Notes under the pieces: model-generated
Told to the model about the DNA's origin: nothing
Databases searched by the model: none
Seen by the model: only the letters and a program-made list of their open reading frames with translations
Shown here: positions 59,277-64,000 of the stretch, one piece after another
Numbering within the stretch: position 1 is the first letter of the stretch
Layout: the number at the start of each line of letters is the position of its first letter
Program-made: the position numbers and the translations under genes
DNA from: an uncultured Verrucomicrobiae bacterium
GTDB taxonomy: Bacteria; Chlamydiota; Chlamydiia; Chlamydiales; Rhabdochlamydiaceae
NCBI GenBank assembly: GCA_963718565.1
Contig: OY970364.1
Coordinates: forward strand, 128,001-192,000
Direction: 5' to 3'
DNA: 64,000 bases

Positions 59277-59349
59277 GGAACAATGGCAAATAAATCTAAG
59301 GAACTTAATCGAGAAATTGAAAATCGAATAGAAATTGAAATCGTTGTAG

Positions 59350-60650
59350 CAGGGCCATTTAACTAAAAATTTTTGATACCAGATCAGCTAAGATGGCATA
59401 ATAAATTCCTCAAATTTGGAGGACCTATTATGTCACGCCGTAAGCCAATCGACGCCACAATCCTAGAAGCTAGTAAGAATTTTGATGCCCGTGTATTCGC
59501 GGAAACCGTCAAGGGAGAGTTTGCAGATTTCCCTGATTATCGACGTAATCAAAAACGTGTCTTATATCCAGTTTGGTATTTGACTCTTGTTATTCTCTGC
59601 GGATTCTTTTGTGGATGCAATACGATTGAGGAAATCGCTGAATATGTTTCTCTGCAGGAGGAGTGGTTTTCTTCTCTGCTAGGTGAGGAGCTCTCAGCAC
59701 CTTCCCATGGAGCGCTCTGGTGGTTTTTAGTGAAAACACCCCCTGGTGCGCTCAAGCACTACTTGCAAAAATGGTTCAGCAAAATTCCTGCTTCATTGCG
59801 CGATCAGCTATTGGCGATCGATGGTAAACGGATGAAAGGCGCAAATTTCCTAGGCGGTGTCACACACGTAGTGGAGCTATTCGCAGCGGAGGATCGATTA
59901 TGTCTTGCCGTGGAAAAGGTCCCAAATAAAACAGTCGAAAAGAGCACGTTACCAATCATTTTGGAGCAAGTGAATGTAGAGGGGGCGATTATTTCAGGAG
60001 ATGCACATTTCACCGTAGCCGAATCGGCAGAACAAATCGTTGATGCGAAGGCAGATTATCTGCTGGCTGTTAAGGACAACCAGCCAACGCTGTGCGCTGA
60101 AATGGAGAATTTTTTTGATCAAGCTCACGCAGTCGAATGGGAGGAAGTCCCCCATTCGTTTCACCAGGAAGTAGATAAAGGCCATGGTCGAATCGACATT
60201 CGAGAAGTACGAGTCGTCGAGGACCTGGACTGGTTGCCAAATGCGGGCAAATGGAAAAACTTAGTCTGTCTCATCGAAGTAAGGTCCACGAGGCAAAAAC
60301 TTGGATCTACTGCCAATGAGGTATTTAGACGGCTATATATTTCGAGTCGTCGAGCATCTGCCAAAGATTTTGCTAAATGGACCCGACAGCACTGGAGCAT
60401 AGAAAACAAATGCCATTGGGTAGCTGATGTGATTTTTGAAGAGGATTATGCATTGACGGATAGAGGGAATAGTGCGGAGAACATGGGGTTGTTTCGACGT
60501 TTGGCTATGAACATGGCTGCAGTTGTAGATCCAGAAAGGGGGCTCGCCTCCGTAAGGCGCGCAGCAACTTTCGGTGGTGGGTACTTAAAGGGAATTTTGG
60601 CAACATTTTTCTGTTCGAAAATGTCAAAACATTTTAGTTAAATGGCCCTG
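59350..60650 (+). mobile_element. ISAs1-family insertion sequence
   Basis: Perfect 19-bp TIR CAGGGCCATTTAACTAAAA / TTTTAGTTAAATGGCCCTG; no TSD. Confidence 0.92.
59430..60641 (+). CDS. ISAs1 transposase
   Basis: LAIDGK, ISGDA, VKDNQPTL, KGHGRID.R, RQHWSIENK.HW..DV.F.ED. Confidence 0.95.
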   Translation: MSRRKPIDATILEASKNFDARVFAETVKGEFADFPDYRRNQKRVLYPVWYLTLVILCGFFCGCNTIEEIAEYVSLQEEWFSSLLGEELSAPSHGALWWFLVKTPPGALKHYLQKWFSKIPASLRDQLLAIDGKRMKGANFLGGVTHVVELFAAEDRLCLAVEKVPNKTVEKSTLPIILEQVNVEGAIISGDAHFTVAESAEQIVDAKADYLLAVKDNQPTLCAEMENFFDQAHAVEWEEVPHSFHQEVDKGHGRIDIREVRVVEDLDWLPNAGKWKNLVCLIEVRSTRQKLGSTANEVFRRLYISSRRASAKDFAKWTRQHWSIENKCHWVADVIFEEDYALTDRGNSAENMGLFRRLAMNMAAVVDPERGLASVRRAATFGGGYLKGILATFFCSKMSKHFS

Positions 60651-60652
60651 GG

Positions 60653-60748
60653 ACAATTGGGTATTACGATTATGTCAATAATGTGCGAGTTATTATTAAT
60701 TCAAATAATGGGAAGGTTATAACAGTTATTCCAGGAGCTCCAAAATGA
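60653..60748 (+). pseudogene. C-terminal stub of a putative polymorphic toxin
   Basis: TIGYYDYVNNVRVIINSNNGKVITVIPGAPK*; stop overlaps the next ATG. Confidence 0.5.
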
Positions 60749-61026
60749 GTAAAAATGTTCGTGCTAAACAATTGCTTATGGAAACAATTCAAAAGATTCT
60801 TTTGAAGGAATGGGATCCGATAGGTATTCAAGATATTCCCGAAGCACAAGATGAGTATGATTCTTACATTTCAGATATTTGTGAATTAATACAGTCTAAA
60901 AAAACTGAAAGTGAGGTGTTTGATTATTTGTGGAGGATTGAAACAGAGCATATGGGTTTGTCTGGGGATAAAAAACATACACAAACCATTGCTCATAAAC
61001 TGTTCAAATTATCCGTTCCCTTATAA
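60745..61026 (+). CDS. Small WDPIG-motif protein, putative immunity protein
   Basis: ILLKEWDPIGI...AQDEYDSY; coupled to the toxin stub. Confidence 0.55.
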   Translation: MSKNVRAKQLLMETIQKILLKEWDPIGIQDIPEAQDEYDSYISDICELIQSKKTESEVFDYLWRIETEHMGLSGDKKHTQTIAHKLFKLSVPL

Positions 61027-61203
61027 AGAAGAACATATGAAAATTGAAAAAGTAGATACTCCTGCTGCGGGAACATGGGCACGGGATTGTGAGCTGTTAT
61101 GCCTATCTGATTGCAAAGGCTTTAAAATAAGGTACCACAGAGACGAAGATGATACTTACTGGAGTCTGCAATGCAAGGGGATTGTAGCATATAAAGTAAT
61201 GGG

Positions 61204-63121
61204 GGCTTGTAACAGAATCCATTGAACTTATTCAAACCTGATTATATATTATCAGAATGAACAAGTTTTTAAGCATTCAGGAAGCAGCAAAATGTTTGGG
61301 AGTTTCTCCACAAACACTCCGCCGATGGGAAAGACAAAAGAAAATCGTTCCCTGTCATCGCATACAGGGCGGCCAACGCCGCTATAGTCTCACTCAGTTA
61401 CAGCCATTTAATTGCGGAGATAAAACCTCTGATCGTCTAACTGTTGCCTACGCAAGAGTTTCGAGTCATGATCAAAAAGAAGATTTACAACGACAAGTCC
61501 ATATGTTAGAAATTTACTGCTTTGCAAAAGGATGGGTGTTTTCGGTAACCAAAGACCTCGGTTCCGGGATGAACTATAATAAACGTGGGCTAAAACAACT
61601 GCTTGAGCAAAATGGTTCAAGAAGCCATAAGAACAAACAGCTTTTGGCCAACCTTCAAAATGCGGTCGCCAATGTCTAAAGAGAATCTGGTTCTTAAGCT
61701 GGGAATTGAAGCAGACCCTCAAACAATTTCTGAGCTCGATGGGCAATCGCGGATCTGTAATTGGCTTTATAATCATCTGCTAGAAAAAAGCCTGGAACTC
61801 AAGCGGGAATTTATCCATTCCGGCAACCCGGAGGCATCAAAGACCCTCTATACAGAAAGAGGACTCAGAAATGAACTTCCAAAACTCAAGGAAGAGCACC
61901 CCTTTCTAAAAGTCGTCCACTCTTCTCCATTAAAAAATACCGCTTTGAGACTTAGTGAAGCAATCCGGGTTCATCAAAAATCAAAAAAAGGAAAACGGAA
62001 AGGCAAACAGATGGGTTGGCCCAAATTTCGGGCCTGGAAACGGGACTGGTTTTCTCTTTTTTACGATGAACCAGAAAAAGGTTTCAAGATTCACGGCAAA
62101 GCCTTGTTCCTCTCCCTTGGAATGGGCCAGGACCGCAAGCGCCGCTTCCTCACTCTCGAATTACCCGAAGCACATCTCCTCAAAGACAAAACCCCACGCA
62201 ATTTGCGCATTATCTCCGAACTGGGAACCTACTATGCCATTTTTACCATTCAGAAAGAACTCCCCATCCGAAAACCCATTTCTAAAATCCTCGCACTCGA
62301 TCCCAATCACAAAAATCTCGCCTATGGTGTTGACACAAGTGGAACAGCCATTGAGATTGCATCTCCTCACTGGCTCAAAACTTACGATAAACGCCTGGAC
62401 GAACTAAAAAGTAAAAGAGACCGCTGTGATAAAAAATCTAAAAAATTCCATGTTCTGGATGAAAAAGGCAATCCCACAGGAAAAGAATTCCATCTTCCTT
62501 CCAGGCAATGGAGAAAATACGATCATGCCCTAAAAAGCGCACTGCGTAAACGCCGAGAACAGACCAAGACGTTTATGTTTACAAGCGCACATCGCCTTTT
62601 CCGAAATTACGACTGCATTGGAATCGGAGACTATACACCAAATGGCGAAGGCATTACTAAACCAATGCGGCGAGCGATGAATAACCGATCCTTGATTGGA
62701 CGTTGGAAAAACACCCTCTCCTGGGTAGCTCGAAAATCGGGAAAAACCTTTATTGAATTCGACGAGAAAGGGACAACCCGGACCTGTAGCCACTGCCTGC
62801 GGATTGAAGAGCGGGGAATCCCTGTCTCATTGAGACAATGGCAATGTCCACAGTGCAAGACCGTTCACATTCGCGACGAGAATGCCGCAATTAACGGCTT
62901 GAGAAAGATCTTGCGAGATCTTTCAGCAAAAAATGAAGGAGGATATCCTTCAATAGTGTCTGGCTCAGACCTCGCTTTTATCCAAAAGCGATGGGCCTGG
63001 TGTGTTTTGCCTAATGGTGTACATGTGACACCGTGGGGGCAAGACAGCAAAGCAATTTGCAGCACCAGGAAATTAAACCGAGGGCATGATAGCCCTCGAT
63101 CAAAAGTTGATAATTTGGTTA
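61204..63121 (+). mobile_element. IS607-family element (right end interrupted by IS630)
   Basis: Serine-recombinase TnpA + TnpB; G-run at the approximate left boundary. Confidence 0.85.
61257..61679 (+). pseudogene. tnpA: IS607 TnpA serine recombinase with internal deletion
   Basis: MerR-like HTH; YARVSSHDQKEDL; GSGMNY; jumps from LKQLLEQ to GSRSHKN with no DRL..FG segment. Confidence 0.85.
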
Positions 63122-63156
63122 TATACTCTAGAAAATTGAAGTCTGGAGAGGATTGA
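61672..63156 (+). CDS. tnpB: TnpB RNA-guided nuclease family protein (IS607), rearranged RuvC; last ~11 codons come from IS630
   Basis: CNWLYN HTH; WPKFR; RuvC-I ILALDP; IGIGDY; DEKGTTRTCSHC; CPQC; RDENAAIN. Confidence 0.88.
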   Translation: MSKENLVLKLGIEADPQTISELDGQSRICNWLYNHLLEKSLELKREFIHSGNPEASKTLYTERGLRNELPKLKEEHPFLKVVHSSPLKNTALRLSEAIRVHQKSKKGKRKGKQMGWPKFRAWKRDWFSLFYDEPEKGFKIHGKALFLSLGMGQDRKRRFLTLELPEAHLLKDKTPRNLRIISELGTYYAIFTIQKELPIRKPISKILALDPNHKNLAYGVDTSGTAIEIASPHWLKTYDKRLDELKSKRDRCDKKSKKFHVLDEKGNPTGKEFHLPSRQWRKYDHALKSALRKRREQTKTFMFTSAHRLFRNYDCIGIGDYTPNGEGITKPMRRAMNNRSLIGRWKNTLSWVARKSGKTFIEFDEKGTTRTCSHCLRIEERGIPVSLRQWQCPQCKTVHIRDENAAINGLRKILRDLSAKNEGGYPSIVSGSDLAFIQKRWAWCVLPNGVHVTPWGQDSKAICSTRKLNRGHDSPRSKVDNLVIYSRKLKSGED

Positions 63157-64000
63157 GTTCAATTGTTTGGAAATTGTCGTTAATTCGCTTTTTCAGCATG
63201 TCTTTTAAATTAATAACGCCAGTGTTGAAAAAATCTCTAATTTTCTCAGTAAATTCATTGAATTTTGAATACAGTGTATTATAAGTAACACACTCTCTCA
63301 TAACTTTCCATAAACGCTCAATAGCATTCAAATTTGGGGAATACGGAGGTAAGTAGTGTATTTGAATTTTGGTTTGGCTATCCAAATATTTTTGCACTTC
63401 CTTATTCTTGTTTGATCTGCCGTTGTCTAAGATTAAGTGGATTTTTTTTGCATCTGTATTAGCCGCTAACGTTTGGAGAAAATCGACCGCACTTGCAGCA
63501 TCCACAGTGCTATATTCCTTCGTCACGACTTGCATTGCAGTCAATTCAATGGCACCAATAAAATGCAATCGCTCTTGCTTAGCGGTTGTTCCTAATGTCT
63601 TTATTTCGTTTTTTAGGATCCACCCAGCCACAGACTGGCTCTGATACTCAGGGTGTACAGCATCTCCAAAGAAAATTTTCTCGCCTTCTTGGAGACCGGC
63701 TTTCAATTCATTGTATTTTTTAAGGAACGCAGCTTGTTTTTCGGGATCGAGCTTTCCTGGTACTTTGATTGGATGTTTATAAACAAATCCATGCCTCTTC
63801 AACCAATTTGTCATACCAGCCACAGTGTATTTCACTTGATATGCGTCTAGAACGTAGAGACAAATTTTGCTCATTTTGAGATACGTTATTTGACTCAAAT
63901 GTCTCCTCAGCGCATCTTCTTGGTCTAGGGTTAACTTGGAGGCCTTTCCCAAATGTGGATCATTGATAGTTTTTTGCTTGGCATCGTATTCTCTTTGATA
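63128..64000 (-). CDS. IS630-family transposase (5' end outside the window)
   Basis: FFGDAVHP, ILDN, LPPYSPNLNAIERLW; frame open to the window end. Confidence 0.92.
   Translation of the reverse strand, partial: YQREYDAKQKTINDPHLGKASKLTLDQEDALRRHLSQITYLKMSKICLYVLDAYQVKYTVAGMTNWLKRHGFVYKHPIKVPGKLDPEKQAAFLKKYNELKAGLQEGEKIFFGDAVHPEYQSQSVAGWILKNEIKTLGTTAKQERLHFIGAIELTAMQVVTKEYSTVDAASAVDFLQTLAANTDAKKIHLILDNGRSNKNKEVQKYLDSQTKIQIHYLPPYSPNLNAIERLWKVMRECVTYNTLYSKFNEFTEKIRDFFNTGVINLKDMLKKRINDNFQTIELNPLQTSIF

Noticed and set aside
1..64000. CRISPR array or cas operon
   Set aside because: No regularly spaced repeat-spacer array was seen. The Cas4-like nuclease has no cas1/cas2 neighbours, and the TnpB lies in an IS607.

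Overview
This is an accessory or genomic-island region, probably from an environmental, protist-associated chlamydia or a similar intracellular bacterium. That assignment is inferred from gene style only; no marker gene is present. The left half (1-37 kb) mixes intact genes with structured palindromic repeats, IS elements (IS66 relic, IS256, IS3, IS701) and spliced gene fragments. The intact genes include an ABC exporter, a class D beta-lactamase, DipZ, a polar amino-acid ABC importer preceded by an unannotated His-rich leader peptide, an SNF2+SWIM pair, an M48 peptidase and CutA. Three exported enzymes each sit beside a small outer-membrane beta-barrel gene. The right half (37-64 kb) is a tandem array of integrative islands delimited by three copies of the 3' half of a tRNA(CAU), each with element-specific 11-bp-period repeats that look like integrase arm sites. 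Island B (37.1-41.6 kb) carries an integrase, GNAT, DUF1016 and a lysozyme-like gene pair. Island A (41.6-56.1 kb) is satellite-like, with an integrase, Xis, primase-helicase, Kiwa, type I R-M and a two-nuclease operon. A third island starts at about 56.1 kb and holds a RloA-like ATPase, ISAs1, a toxin/immunity relic, IS607 and IS630. The IS607 TnpB has a rearranged, Fanzor-type RuvC active site. All calls come from manual motif reading; no database searches were run.
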